From: Eledone cirrhosa
Taxonomy: Eukaryota
Direction: 5' to 3'
Length of the DNA stretch: 64,000 bases
NCBI GenBank assembly: GCA_964016885.1
Contig: OZ024744.1
Coordinates: forward strand, 15,624,001 to 15,688,000
Shown here: positions 39,050 to 52,300 of the stretch, one piece after another
Numbering within the stretch: position 1 is the stretch's first letter
Layout of the letters: each line of letters opens with the position of its first letter
The notes under the pieces: generated by a model
The model's database searches: none
Seen by the model: the letters and a program-made list of their open reading frames with translations, nothing else
Told to the model about the DNA's origin: nothing
Made by a program: the position numbers and the translations under genes

Positions 39050-42000
39050 GTGTGTCAGTGTGTATGTGAGAGTCAGTGTGTGAGTGTTTAAGTGTGAGTG
39101 TGAGTGTGTAAGTGCGTATGTGAGCGTGTCAGTGTGTATGTGAGTGTGTCAGTGTGTATGTGAGTGTCAGTGTGAGTGTGTCAGTGTGTATGTGAGTGTT
39201 GTGAGTGTGTCAGTGTGTTTCTGAGTGTGTCAGTGTGTATGTGAGTGTGTATGTCAGTGTGTCAGTGTCTATGTGAGTGTGTCAATGTGTATGTGAGTGT
39301 GAGTGTGAGTTTGTCAGTGTGTATGTGAGTGTGTCAGTGTGTATGTGAGTGTGTCAGTGTGTAGCTGAGTGTGAGTGTGTCAGTGTGTATGCGAGTGTGA
39401 GTGTGTCAGTGTGTATGTGAGTGTGAGTGTGTCAGTGTGTATGTGAGTGTGAGTGTGTCAGTGTGTATGTGAGTGTTTCAGTGTGTATGTGAGTGTGAGT
39501 GTGAGTGTGTCAGTGTGTATGTGAGTGTGAGTGTGCCAGTGTGTATGTGTGTGTCAGTGTGTATGTGAGTGTGAGTGTGTCAGTTTGTATGTGTATGTGA
39601 GTGTGAGTGTGTCAGTGTGTATGTGAGTGTGTCAGTGTGTATGTGAGTGTGAGTGCGTCAGTGTGTATGTGAGTGTGAGTGTGTCAGTGTGTATGTGAGT
39701 GTGTCAGTGTGTATGTGAGTGTAGCAGTGTGTATGTGAGCGTGAGTGCGAGAGTGTCAGTGTGTATGTGACTGTGAGTGTGTCAGTGTGTATGTGAGTGT
39801 GTCAGTGTGTATGTGAGTGTGTCAGTGTGTATGTGATTGTGAGTGTGAGTGTGTCAGTCTGTATGTGAGTGTGAATGTGTCAGTGTGTATGTGAGTGTGT
39901 CAGTGTGTATGTGAGTGTGAGTGCGAGAGTGTCAGTGTGTATGTGACTGTGAGTGTGTCAGTGTGTATGTGAGTGTGTCAGTGTGTATGTGAGTGTGGCA
40001 GTGTGTATGTGAGTGTGAGTGCCAGTGTGTCAGTGTGTATGTGAGTGTGAGTGTGAGTGTGTCAGTGTGTATGTGAGTGTGAGTGTGTCAGGGCGTATGT
40101 GAGTGTGTCAGTGTTTATGTGAGTGTGAGTGCGAGTGTGTCAGTGTGTATGTGAGTGTGAGTGTGTCAGTGTGTATGTGAGTGTGAGTGTGTCAGTGTGT
40201 ATGTGAGTGTGTCAGTCTGTATGTGAGTGTGAGTGTGTTAGTGTGTAAGTGAGTGTGTCAGTGTGCATGTGAGTGTGTGTGTGATTGTGTCAATGTGTAT
40301 GTGAGTGTGTCAGTGTGTATGTGAGTGTGATTGCTAGTGTATCAGTGTATATGTGAGTGTGAGTGTGTCAGTGTGTATTTGAGTGTGAGTGTGAGTGTGT
40401 CAGTGTGCATGTGAGTGTGTGTGTCAGTGTGTATGTGAGTATGTCAGTGTGTATGTGAGTGTGTGTGTGAGTGTGTCAGTGAGTTTGTGAGTGTGTCAGT
40501 GTGTATGTGAATGTGAGTGTGAGTGTGTCAGTGTGTATGTGAGTGTGAGTGTGTCAGTGTGTATGTGAGTGTGAGTGTGAGTGTGTCAGTGTGTATGTGA
40601 GTGTGAATGTGTCAGTGTGTATGTGAGTGTGTCAGTGTGTATGTGAGTGTGAGTGTGTCAGTGTGTATGTGAGTGTGTCAGTGTGCATGTGAGTGTGAGT
40701 GTGAGTGTGTCAATGTGTATGTGAGTGTGTCAGTGTGTATGTGAGTATGAGTGCTAGTGTGTCAGTGTGTATATGAGTGCGAGTGTGTCAGTGTGTATGT
40801 GAGTGTGAGTGTGTATGTGAGTGTGAATGTGAGTGTGTCAGTGTGTATGTGAGTGTGTGTGTGTCAGTGTGTATGTGAGTGTGTCAGTGTGTATGTGAGT
40901 GTGTGTGTGAGTGTGTCAGTGTGTATGTGAGTGTGTCAGTGTGTATGTGAGTGTGTCAGTGTGTATATTAGTATTAGTGTGTTAGTGTGTCAGTGTGTAT
41001 GTGAGTGTGATTGTGAGTGAGCCAGTGTGTATGTGAGTGTGAGTGTGTCAGTGTGTATGTGACTGTGTCAGTGTGTATGTGAGTAGTTGAGTGTGAGTGT
41101 GTCAGTGTGTATGTCAGTCTCAGTGTGTCAGTGTGTGAGTGTGAGTGTGAGCGTGTCAGTGTGTATGTGAGTGTGTCAATGTGTATGTGAGTGTGAGTGT
41201 GTCAGTGTGTATGTGAGTGTGAGTGTGTCAGTGTTTATGAGTGTGTCAGTGTGTTTGTGAGTGTGTGTGTGAGTTTGTCAGTGTGTATGTGAGAGGCAGT
41301 GTGTGAGTGTGTAAGTGTGACTGTGAGTTTGTAAGTGCGTATGTGAGTGTGTCAGTGTGTATGTGAGTGTGTCAGTGTGTATGTAAGTGTGTCAGTGTGA
41401 ATGTGAGTGACAGTTTGTCAGTGTGTATGTGAGTGTATTTCAGTGTGTATGTGAGTGTGAGTGGGAGTGTGTGAGTGTGTATTTTGAGTGTGAGTGTGAG
41501 TTTGTCACTGTGTATGTGAGTGTGTCAGTGTGTATTTTGAGTGTGAGTGTGAGTTTGTCAGTGTGTATGTGAGTGTGTCAGTGTGTATGTGGAATGTGAG
41601 TGTGTCAGTGTGTATGTCAGTGTGTATGTGAGTGTGTCAGTGTGTATGTGAGTGTCAGTGTGTCAGTGTGTGTTTGAGTGTGTCAGTGTGTATGTGTGTG
41701 TGTCAGTGTGTATGTGAGTGTGTCAGTGTGTATGTGAGTGTGAGTGTGTCAGTGTGTATCTGCGTGTGAGTGTGTCAGTGTGTATGTGAGTGTGTCAGTG
41801 TGTATGTGAGTGTGAGTGTGAGTGTGTCAGTGTGTATGTGGGTGTGAGTGTTTCAGTGTGTATGTGAGTGTGTCAGTGTGTATGTGAATGTGAGTGTGTC
41901 AGTTTGTATGTGAGTGTGAGTGTGTCAGTGTGTATGTGAGTGTGTCAGTGTGTATGTGAGTGTGAGTGTGAGTGTGTCAGTGTGTATGTGAGTGTGAGTG

Positions 42001-44550
42001 TCAGTGTGTCAGTGTGTATGTGAGTGTGTCAGTGTGTATGTGAGTGTGAGTGTGTCAGTGTGTATGTGAGTGTGTCAGTGTGTATGTGAGCAGTTGAGTG
42101 TGAGTGTGTCAGTGTGTATGTGAATGTGAGTGCGAGTGTGTCAGTGTGTATGTGAGTGTGTCAGTGTGTATGTGAGTGTGAGTGTGTCAGTGTGTATGTG
42201 AGTGTGTCAGTGTGTATGTGAGAGTCAGGGTGTGAGTGTTTAAGTGTGAGTGTGAGTGTGTAAGTGCGTATGTGAGCGTGTCAGTGTGTATGTGAGTGTG
42301 TCAGTGTGTATGTGAGTGTCAGTGTGAGTGTGTCAGTGTGTATGTGAGTGTTGTGAGTGTGTCAGTGTGTTTCTGAGTGTGTCAGTGTGTATGTGAGTGT
42401 GTATGTCAGTGTGTCAGTGTCTATGTGAGTGTGTCAATGTGTATGTGAGTGTGAGTGTGAGTTTGTCAGTGTGTATGTGAGTGTGTCAGTGTGTATGTGA
42501 GTGTGTCAGTGTGTAGCTGAGTGTGAGTGTGTCAGTGTGTATGCGAGTGTGAGTGTGTCAGTGTGTATGTGAGTGTGAGTGTGTCAGTGTGTATGTGAGT
42601 GTGAGTGTGTCAGTGTGTATGTGAGTGTGTCAGTGTGTATGTGAGTGTGAGTGTGAGTGTGTCAGTGTGTATGTGAGTGTGAGTGTGCCAGTGTGTATGT
42701 GTGTGTCAGTGTGTATGTGAGTGTGAGTGTGTCAGTTTGTATGTGAGTGTGAGTGTGTCAGTGTGTATGTGAGTGTGTCAGTGTGTATGTGAGTGTGAGT
42801 GTGTCAGTGTGTATGTGAGTGTGTCAGTGTGTATGTGAGTGTGAGTGCGTCAGTGTGTATGTGAGTGTGAGTGTGTCAGTGTGTATGTGAGTGTGTCAGT
42901 GTGTATGTGAGTGTGGCAGTGTGTATGTGAGTGTGAGTGCGAGAGTGTCAGTGTGTATGTGACTGTGAGTGTGTCAGTGTGTATGTGAGTGTGTCAGTGT
43001 GTATGTGAGTGTGGCAGTGTGTATGTGAGTGTGAGTGCCAGTGTGTCAGTGTGTATGTGAGTGTGAGTGTGAGTGTGTCAGTGTGTATGTGAGTGTGAGT
43101 GTGTCAGGGCGTATGTGAGTGTGTCAGTGTTTATGTGAGTGTGAGTGCGAGTGTGTCAGTGTGTATGTGAGTGTCAGTGTGTCAGTGTGTATGTGAGTGT
43201 GAGTGTGTCAGTGTGTATGTGAGTGTGTCAGTCTGTATGTGAGTGTGAGTGTGTTAGTGTGTAAGTGAGTGTGTCAGTGTGCATGTGAGTGTGTGTGTGA
43301 TTGTGTCAATGTGTATGTGAGTGTGTCAGTGTGTATGTGAGTGTGATTGCTAGTGTATCAGTGTATATGTGAGTGTGAGTGTGTCAGTGTGTATGTGAGT
43401 GTGAGTGTGAGTGTGTCAGTGTGCATGTGAGTGTGTGTGTCAGTGTGTATGTGAGTGTGTCAGTGTGTATGTGAGTGTGAGTGTGAGTGTCAGTGTGTAT
43501 GTGAGTGTGAATGTGTCAGTGTGTATGAGAGTGTGTCAGTGTGTATGTGAGTGTGAGTGTGTCAGTGTGTATGTGAGTGTGTCAGTGTGCATGTGAGTGT
43601 GAGTGTGAGTGTGTCATTTTTATGTGAGTGTGTCAGTGTGTATGTGAGTGTGAGTGCTAGTGTGTCAGTGTGTATATGAGTGCGAGTGTGTCAGTGTGTA
43701 TGTGAGTGTGAGTGTGTATGTGAGTGTGAATGTGAATGTGAGTGTGTCAGTGTGTATGTGAGTGTGTGTGTGTCAGTGTGTATGTGAGTGTGTCAGTGTG
43801 TATGTGAGTGTGTGTGTGAGTGTGTCAGTGTGTATGTGAGTGTGTCAGTGTGTATGTGAGTGTGTCAGTGTGTATATTAGTGTTAGTGTGTTAGTGTGTC
43901 AGTGTGTATGTGAGTGTGATTGTGAGTGAGCCAGTGTGTATGTGAGTGTGAGTGTGTCAGTGTGTATGTGACTGTGTCAGTGTGTATGTGAGTAGTTGAG
44001 TGTGAGTGTGTCAGTGTGTTTGTCAGTCTCAGTGTGTCAGTGTGTGAGTGTGAGTGTGAGCGTGTCAGTGTGTATGTGAGTGTGTCAATGTGTATGTGAG
44101 TGTGAGTGTGTCAGTGTGTATGTGAGTGTGAGTGTGTCAGTGTTTATGAGTGTGTCAGTGTGTTTGTGAGTGTGTGTGTGAGTTTGTCAGTGTGTATGTG
44201 AGAGGCAGTGTGTGAGTGTGTAAGTGTTACTGTGAGTTTGTAAGTGCGTATGTGAGTGTGTCAGTGTGTATGTGAGTGTGTCAGTGTGTATGTCAGTGTG
44301 TCAGTGTGAATGTGAGTGTATTTCAGTGTGTATGTGAGTGTGAGTGGGAGTGTGTGAGTGTGTATTTTGAGTGTGAGTGTGAGTTTGTCACTGTGTATGT
44401 GAGTGTGTCAGTGTGTATTTTGAGTGTGAGTGTGAGTTTGTCAGTGTGTATGTGAGTGTGTCAGTGTGTATGTGAGTGTGAGTGTGTCAGTGAGTATGTC
44501 AGTGTGTATGTGAGTGTGTCAGTGTGTATGTGAGTGTCAGTGTGTCAGTG
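39050..44550 (+). repeat. Duplication, period ~2.9-3.15 kb, with internal deletions
   Basis: GAGTGTTGTGAG (39199/42351, offset 3152), CAGGGCGTAT (40089/43105), GAGTGAGCCAG (41022/43931) and GAGAGGCAG (41297/44206), the last two offset by 2909. Confidence 0.82.
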
Positions 44551-46259
44551 TGTATGTGAGTGTGAGTGTGTCTGTGTGTATGTGAGTGTGTCAGTGTGTA
44601 TGTGAGTGTGAGTGTCAGTGTGTATGTGAGTGTGTCACTGTGCATGTGAGTGTGAGTGTGAGTGTGTCAGTGTGTATGTGAGTGTGAGTGTGTTAGTGTG
44701 TATGTGAGTGTGAGTGTAAGTGTGTCAGTCTGTATGTGAGTGTGTGTGTCAGTGTGTATGTGAGTATGTCAGTGTGTATGTGAATGTGAGTGCGAGTGTG
44801 TCAGTGTGTATGTGAGTGTGTCAGTGTGTATGTGAGTGTGAGTGTGTAAGTGTGTATGTGAGTGTGAGTGTGTCAGTGTGTATGTGAGTGTGTCAGTGTG
44901 TATGTTAGTGTGAGTGTCAGTGTGTATGTGAGTGTTAGTGTGTCAGTGTGTATGTGAGTCTCTCAGTGTGTATGTGAGTGTGACTGTGAGTGTGCAGTGT
45001 GTATGTGAGTGTGAGTGTGTCAGTGTGCATGTGACTGTGTCAGTCTGTATGTGAGTGTGAGTGTGTCAGTGTGTATGTGAGTGTGATTGTGTCAGTGTGT
45101 ATGTGAGTGTGTCAGAATGTATGTGAGTGTGAGTGAGAATATGTCAATGTGTATGTCAGTCTCAGTGTGTCAGTGTGTGAGTGTGAGTGTGAGCGTGTCA
45201 GTGTGTATGGGAGTGTGTCAATGTGTATGTGAGTGTGAGCGTGTCAGTTTGTATGTGAGTGTGTCAGTGTGTATGTGAGTGTGAGTGTGAGTGTGAGTGT
45301 GTCAGTGTGTATGAGTGTGTCAGTGTGTAAGTGAGTGTGAGTTTGAGTGTGTCAGTGTGTATGTGAGAGTCAGTGTGTGAGTGTTTCAGTGTGAGTGTGA
45401 GTGTGTAAGTGCGTATGTGAGTGTGTCAGTGTGTATGTGAGTGTGAGTGTGTCAGTGTGTATGTTAGTGTGTCAGTGTGTATGTGAGCGTGAGTGTGAGT
45501 GTGTCATTGTGTATGTGAGTGTGTCAGTGTGTATGTGAGTGTGAGTGTGTCATGTCGGAGTGTGTGTGAGTGTGTCAGAGTGTATGTGACTGTGTCAGTG
45601 TGTATGTGAGTGTGAGTGCGGGTGTGTCAGTGTGTATGTGAGTGCGAGTGTGTCAGTGTGTATGTGAGTGTGAGTGTGTCAGTGTGTATGTGAGTGTGTG
45701 TGTCAGTGTGTATGTGAGTGTGAGTGTGAGTGTGTCAGTGTGTATGTGAGTGTGTCAGTGTGTATGTGAGTGTGAGTGTGTTAGTGTGTATGTGAGTGCG
45801 AGTGTGTCAGTGTGTTTGTGAGTGTGTCAATGTGTATGTGAGTGTGTATGTCAGTGTGTCAGTGTGTATGTGAGTGTGTCAATGTTTATGTGAGTGTGAG
45901 TGTGTATGTGAGTGTGAGTGTGAGTGTGAGTTTGTCAGTGTGTATGTGAGTGTGTCAGTGTGTGTGTGAGTGTGTCAGTGTGTATGTGAGTGTGTCATTG
46001 TTTATGTTAGTGACAGTGTGTCAGTGTGTATGTGAGTGTTAGTGTGTCAGTGTGTATGTGAGTGTGAGTGTGTCAGTGTGTATGTGAGTGTGTCAGAGTG
46101 TATGTGAGTGTGAGTGAGAATGTGTCAATGTGTATGTCAGTCTCAGTGTGTCAGTGTGTGAGTGCGTGTGTGAGCGTGTCAGTGTGTATGTGAGTGTGTC
46201 AATGTGTATGTGAGTGTGAATGTGGCAGTTTGTATGTGAGTGTGTCAGTGTGTATGTGA

Positions 46260-48850
46260 GTGTGAGTTTGAGTGTGTCAGTGTGTATGTGAGAGTCAGTG
46301 TGTGAGTGTGTAAGTGTGAGTGTGAGTGTGTATGTGCGTATGTGAGTGTGTCAGTGTGTATGTGAGTGTGTCAGTGTGTATGTGAGTGTGAGTGTGTCAG
46401 TGTGTATGTTAGTGTGTCAGTGTGTATGTGAGCGTGAGTGTGAGTGTGTCATTGTGTATGTGAGTGTGTCAGTGTGTATGTGAGTGTGAGTGTGAGTATG
46501 AGTGTGTGAGTGTGTATGTGAGTGTGTCAGTGTGTATGTGTGTGTGAGTGTAAGTGTGTGAGGGTGTGTGTGAGTGTGTGAGTGTGTATGTGAGTGTGTC
46601 AGTGTGTATGTGAGTGTGTCAGTGTGTATGAGAGTGTGAGTGTGTGAGTGTGTATGTGAGTGTGAGTGTGTCAGTGTGTATGTGAGTGTGAGTGTGTCAG
46701 TGTGTATATGAGAGTGTCAGTGTGTATGTGAGTGTGAGTGTGTCAGTAGGTGTGTCAGTGTGTATGTGAGTGTGTCAGTGTGTATGTGAGTGTGAATGTG
46801 AGTGTGTCAGTGTGTATGTGATTGTGTCAGTGTGTATGTGAGTGTGTCAGTGTGTATGTGAGTGTGAGTGCGAGTGTGTCAGTCTGTATGTGATTGCGAG
46901 TGTGTCAGTGTGTATGTGAGTGTGAGTGTAAGTGTGTCAGTGTGTATGTGAGTGTGTCAGTGTGTATGTGAATATGAGTATGTGTGTGTCAGTGTGTATG
47001 TGAGTGTGAGTGTGAGTGTGTCAGTGTGTATGTGAGTGTGTCAGTGTGTATGTGAGTGTGAGTGTGAGTGCGTCAGTGTGTATGTGAGTGTGTCAGTGTG
47101 TATGTGAGTGTGAGTGTGAGTGTGTCAGTGTGAGTGTGAGTGTGTCTGTGTGTTTGTGAGTGTGTCAGTGTGTATGTGAGTGTGTATGTCAGTGTGTCAG
47201 TGTCTATGTGAGTGTGTCAATGTGTATGTGAGTCTGAGTGTGAGTTTGTCAGTGTGTATGTGAGTGTGTCAGTGTGTATGTGAGTGTGTCAGTGTGTATG
47301 TGAGTGTGAGTGTGAGTGTGTCAGTGTGTGTGTAAGTGTGAGTGTGTCAGTGTGTATGTGAGTGTGTCAGTGTGTAGCTGAGTGTGAGCGTGTCAGTGTG
47401 TATGTGAGTGTGAGTATGTCAGTGTGTATGTGAGTGTGAGTGTGTCAGTGTGTATATGAGTGTGAGTGTGTCAGTGTGTATGTGAGTGTGTCAGTGTGTA
47501 TGTGAGTGTGAGTGTGAGTGTGTCAGTGTGTATGTGAATGAGAGTGTGCCAGTGTGTATGTGTGTGTGTCAATGTGTATGTGAGTGTGAGTGTGTCAGTT
47601 TGTATGTGAGGGTGTCAGTGTGTATGTGAGTGTGAGTGTGAGTGTGAGAGTGTCAGTGTGTATGTGAGTGTGAGTTTGAGTGTGTCAGTGTGTATGTGAG
47701 AGTCAGTGTGTGAGTGTTTCAGTGTGAGTGTGAGTGTGTAAGTGCGTATGTGAGTGTGTCAGTGTGTATGTGAGTGTGAGTGTGTCAGTGTGTATGTGAG
47801 TGTGTCAGAGTGTATGTGAGTGTGTCAGTTTGTATGTGAGTGTGTCAGTGTGTATGTGAGTGTGAGATTGAGTGTGTCAGTGTGTACGTGAGAGTCAGTG
47901 TGTGAGTGTGTAAGTGTGAGTGTGAGTGTGTATGTGCGTATGTGAGTGTGTCAGTGTGTATGTGAGTGTGAGTGTGTCAGTGTGTATGTTAGTATGTCAG
48001 TGTGTATGTGAGCGTGAGTGTGAGTGTGTCATTGTGTATGTGAGTGTGTCAGTGTGTATGTGAGTGTGAGTGTGAGTGTGAGTGTGTGAGTGTGTATGTC
48101 AGTGTGTCAATGTGTATGTGTGTGTGAGTGTAAGTGTGTGAGGGTGTGTGTGAGTTTGTGAGTGTCTATGTGAGTGTGTCAGTGTGTATGTGAGTGTGTC
48201 AGTGTGTATGAGAGTGTGAGTGTGTCAGTGTGTATGTGAGTGTGAGTGTGTCAGTGTGTATGTGAGTGTGAGTGTGTCAGTGTGTATATGAGAGTGTCAG
48301 AGTGTATGTGAGTGTGAGTGTGTCAGTAGGTGTGTCAGTGTGTATGTGAGTGTGTCAGTGTGTATGTGAGTGTGCATGTGAGTGTGTCAGTGTGTATGTG
48401 ATTGTGTCAGTGTGTATGTGAGTGTCAGTGTGAGTGTGTCAGTGTGTATGTGAGTGTGCGTGTGTCAGTGTGTGTGTGAGTGTGTCAGTGTGTAAGTGAG
48501 TGTGTTAATGTGCATGTGAATGTGAGTGTGAGTGTGTCAGTGTGTATGTGAGTGTGTCAGTGTGTATGTGAGTGTGAGTGCGAGTGTGTCAGTGTGTATG
48601 TGAGTGCGAGTGTGTCAGTGTGTATGTGAGTGTGAGTGTGTCAGTGTGTATGTGAATATGAGTGTGTGTGTGTGTCAATGTGTATGTGAGTGTGTCAGTG
48701 TATATGTGAGTGTGAGTGTGAGTGTGTCAGTGTGTATGTGAGTGTGTCAGTGTGTATGTGAATATGAGTATGTGTGTGTCAGTGTGTATGTGAGTGTGTC
48801 AGTATGTATGTGAGTGTGAGTGTGAGTGTGTCAGTGTGTATGTGAGTGTG
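46260..48850 (+). repeat. Diverged ~1.6-kb duplication
   Basis: TATGTGCGTATG (46331/47931), AGGGTGTGTG (46561/48141), CAGTAGGTG (~46744/~48324). Confidence 0.72.
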
Positions 48851-49379
48851 TCAGTGTGTATGTGAGTGTGAGTGTGAGTGTGTCAGTGTGTATGTGAGTG
48901 TGAGTGTGAGTGTGTCAGTGTCAGTGTGAGTGTGTCTGTGTGTTTGTGAGTGTGTCAGTGTGTATGTGAGTGTGAGTGTGTCAGCGTGTATGTGAGTGTG
49001 TCAGTGTGTATGTGAGTGTGTCAGTGTGTATGTGAGTGTCAGTGTGTCAGTGTGTGTTTGAGTGTGTCAGTGTGTATGTGAGTGTGTCAGTGTGTATATG
49101 AGTGTGAATGTGTCAGTGTGTATCTGAGTGTGAGCGTGTCAGTGTGTATGTGAGTGTGAGTGTGTCAGTGTGTATGTGAGTGTGAGTGTGTCAGTGTGTA
49201 TGTGGGTGTGAGTGTGTCAGTGTGTATGTGAGTGTGTCAGTGTGTATGTGAGTGTGAGTGTGAGTGTGTCAGTGTGTATGTGAGTGTGTCAGTGTGTATG
49301 TGAATATGAGTATGTGTGTGTCAGTGTGTATGTGAGTGTGTCAGTGTGTATGTGAGTGTGAGTGTGAGTGTGTCAGTGT

Positions 49380-52300
49380 GTATGTGAGTGTGTCAGTGTG
49401 TATGTGAGTGTGTCAATGTGTATGTGAGTGTGAGTTTGTCGGTGTGTATGTGAGTGTGTCAGTGTGTATGTCAGTCTCAGTGTGTCAGTGTGTATGTCAG
49501 TGTGTCAGTGTGTATGTGAGTGCGTCAGTGTGTATGTGAGTGTCAGTGTGTATGTGAGTCTGAGTGTGAGTGTGTCAGTGTGTGTGTAAGTGTGAGTGTG
49601 TCAGTGTGTATGTGAGTGTGTCAGTGTGTATGTGAGTGTGTCAGTGTGTAGCTGAGTGTGAGTGTGTCAATGTGTATGTGAGTGTGAGTATGTCAGTGTG
49701 TATGTGAGTGTGTCAGTGTGTATGTGAGTGTGTCAGTGTGTATGTGAGTGTGAGTGTGTCAGTGTGTATGTGAGTGTGTCAGTGTGTATGTGAGTGTGGG
49801 AGTGTGTATGTGAGTGTGAGTGCGAGAGTGTTAGTGTGTATGTGAGTGTGAGTGTGTCAGTGTGTATGTGAGTGTGTCAGTCTGTATGTGAGTGTGGCAG
49901 TGTGTATGTGAGTGTGAGTGCCAGTGTGTCAGTGTGTATGTGAGTGCGAGTGTGTCAGCGTGTATATGAGTGTGAGTGTGTCAGTGTGTATGTGAGTGTG
50001 TCAGTGTGTATGTGAGTGTGAGTGTGAGTGTGTCAGTCTGTATGTGAGTGTGAATGTGTCAGTGTGCATGCGAGTGTGTCAGAGTATGTGTGAGTGTGAG
50101 TGTGAGTGTGTCAGTGTGTGTGAGAGTTTATCAGTGTGTATGTGAGTGTGTCAGTGTGTATGTGAGTGTGAGTGTGAGTGTGTCAGTGTGTATGTGAGTG
50201 TGAGTGTGTCAGTGTGTATGTGTATGTGAGTGTGTCAGGGCGTATGTGAGTGTGTCAGTGTTTATGTGAGCGTGAGTGCGAGTGTGTCAGTGTGTATGTC
50301 AGTGTCATTGTGTCAGTGTGTATGTGAGTGTGACAGAATGTATGTGAGTGTGAGTGAGAATGTGTCAATGTGTATGTCAGTCTCAGTGAGTCAGTGTGTG
50401 AGTGTGAGTGTGAGCGTGTCAGTGTGTATGTGAGTGTGTCAATGTGTATGTGAATGTGAGCGTGTCAGTTTGTATGTGAGTGTGTCAGTGTGTATGTGAG
50501 TGTGAGTGCGAGGGTGTCAGTGTGTATGTGAGTGCGAGTGTGTCAGTGTGTATGTGAGTGTAAGTGTGTCAGTGTGTATGTGAGTGTGTCAGTGTGTATG
50601 TGAGTGTGAGTGTGTCAGTGTGTATGTGAGTGTGTGTGTCAGTGTGTATGTGAGTGTGAGTGTGAGTGTGTCAGTGTGTATGTGAGTGTGTCAGTGTGTA
50701 TGTGAGTGTGAGTGTGAGTGTGTTAGTGTGTATGTGAATGTGAGTGTGTCAGTGTGTTTGTGAGTGTGTCAGTGTGTATGTGAGTGTGTATGTCAGTGTG
50801 TCAGTGTGTATGTGAGTGTGTCAATGTGTATGTTAGTGTGAGTGTGTATGTGAGTGTGAGTGTGATTTTGTCACTGTGTATGTGAGTGTGTCAGTGTGTA
50901 TGTGAGTGTGAGTGTGTCAGTGTGTATGTGAGTGTGTCAGTGTGTATGTTAGTGTGAGTGTGTCAGTGTGTATGTCAGTGTTAGTGTGTCAGTGTGTATG
51001 TGAGTGTGAGTGTGAGTGTGCCAGTGTGTATGTGAATGTGAGTGTGTCAGTGTGCATGTGAGTGTGTCAGTCTGTATGTGAGTATGAGTGTGTCAGTGTG
51101 TATGTGAGTATGATTGTGTCAGTGTGTACGTGAGTGTGTCAGAGTGTACGTGAGTGTGAGTGAGAATGTGTCAATGTGTATGTCAGTCTCACTGTGTCAG
51201 TGTGTGAGTGCGTGTGTGAGCGTGTCAGTGTGTATGTGAGTTTGTCAATGTGTATGTGAGTGTGAGTGTGTCAGTTTGTATGTGAGTGTGTCAGTGTGTA
51301 TGTGAGTGTGAGTTTGAGTGTGTCAGTGTGTATGTGAGAGTCAGTATGTGAGTGTGTAAGTGTGAGTGTGAGTGTGTATGTGCGTATGTGAGTGTGTCAG
51401 TGTGTATGTGAGTGTGAGTGTGTCAGTGTGTATGTTAGTGTGTCAGTGTGTATGTGAGCGTGAGTGTGAGTGTGTCATTGTGTATGTGAGTGTGTCAGTG
51501 TGTATGTGAGTGTGAGTGTGTCATGTCAGTGTGTGTGTCAGTGTGTCAGAGTGTATGTGACTGTGTCAGTGTGTATGTAAGTGTGAGTGTGAGTGTGTCA
51601 TTGTGTATGTGAGTGTGTCAGTGTGTATGTGAGTGTGAGTGTCTCAGTGTGTATGTGAGTGTGAGTGTGTTAGTGTGTATGTGAGTGTGTCAGTGTGAGT
51701 GTGAGTGTGTCAGTGTGTGTGTGAGTGTGAGTGTGTCAGTGTGTATGTGAGTGTGAGTGTGTCAGTGTGTATGTGAGTGTGAGTGTGAGTTTGTCAGTGT
51801 GTATGTGAGTGTGAGTGTGAGTGTGAGTGTGTATGTGAGTGTGTCAGTGTGTATGTGTGTGTGAGTGTAAGTGTGTGAGGGTGTGTGTGAGTGTGTGAGT
51901 GTGGATGTGAGTCTGTCAGTGTGTATGTGAGTGTGTCAGTGTGTATGAGAGTGTGAGTGTGTCAGTGTGTATGTGAGTGTGAGTGTGTCAGTGTGTATAT
52001 GAGAGTGTCAGTGTGTATGTGAGTGTGAGTGTGTCAGTAGGTGTGTCAGTGTGTATGTGAGTGTGTCAGTGTGTATGTGAATGTGCATGTGAGTGTGTCA
52101 GTGTGTATGTGAATATGAGTATGTGTGTGTCAGTGTGTATGTGAGTGTGTCAGTGTGTATGTGAGTGTGAGTGTGAGTGTGTCAGTGTGTATGTGAGTGT
52201 GTCAATGTGTATGTGAGTGTGAGAGTGAGTGTGTCAGTGTGTATGTGAGTATGTCAGTGTGTATGTGAGTGTGATTGTGAGTGTGTTCAGTGTGTATGTG

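Noticed and set aside
1905-45562. Short odd islands: GTCATTTTCTATG (~1908), GTTCCTTG (~26025, ~32982), GTCATTTTTTATG (~43613), CATGTCGGAG (~45551)
   Set aside because: Each aligns to a monomer with a few clustered changes. They are too short to be insertions, transposon footprints or terminators, and the singletons may be sequencing errors.
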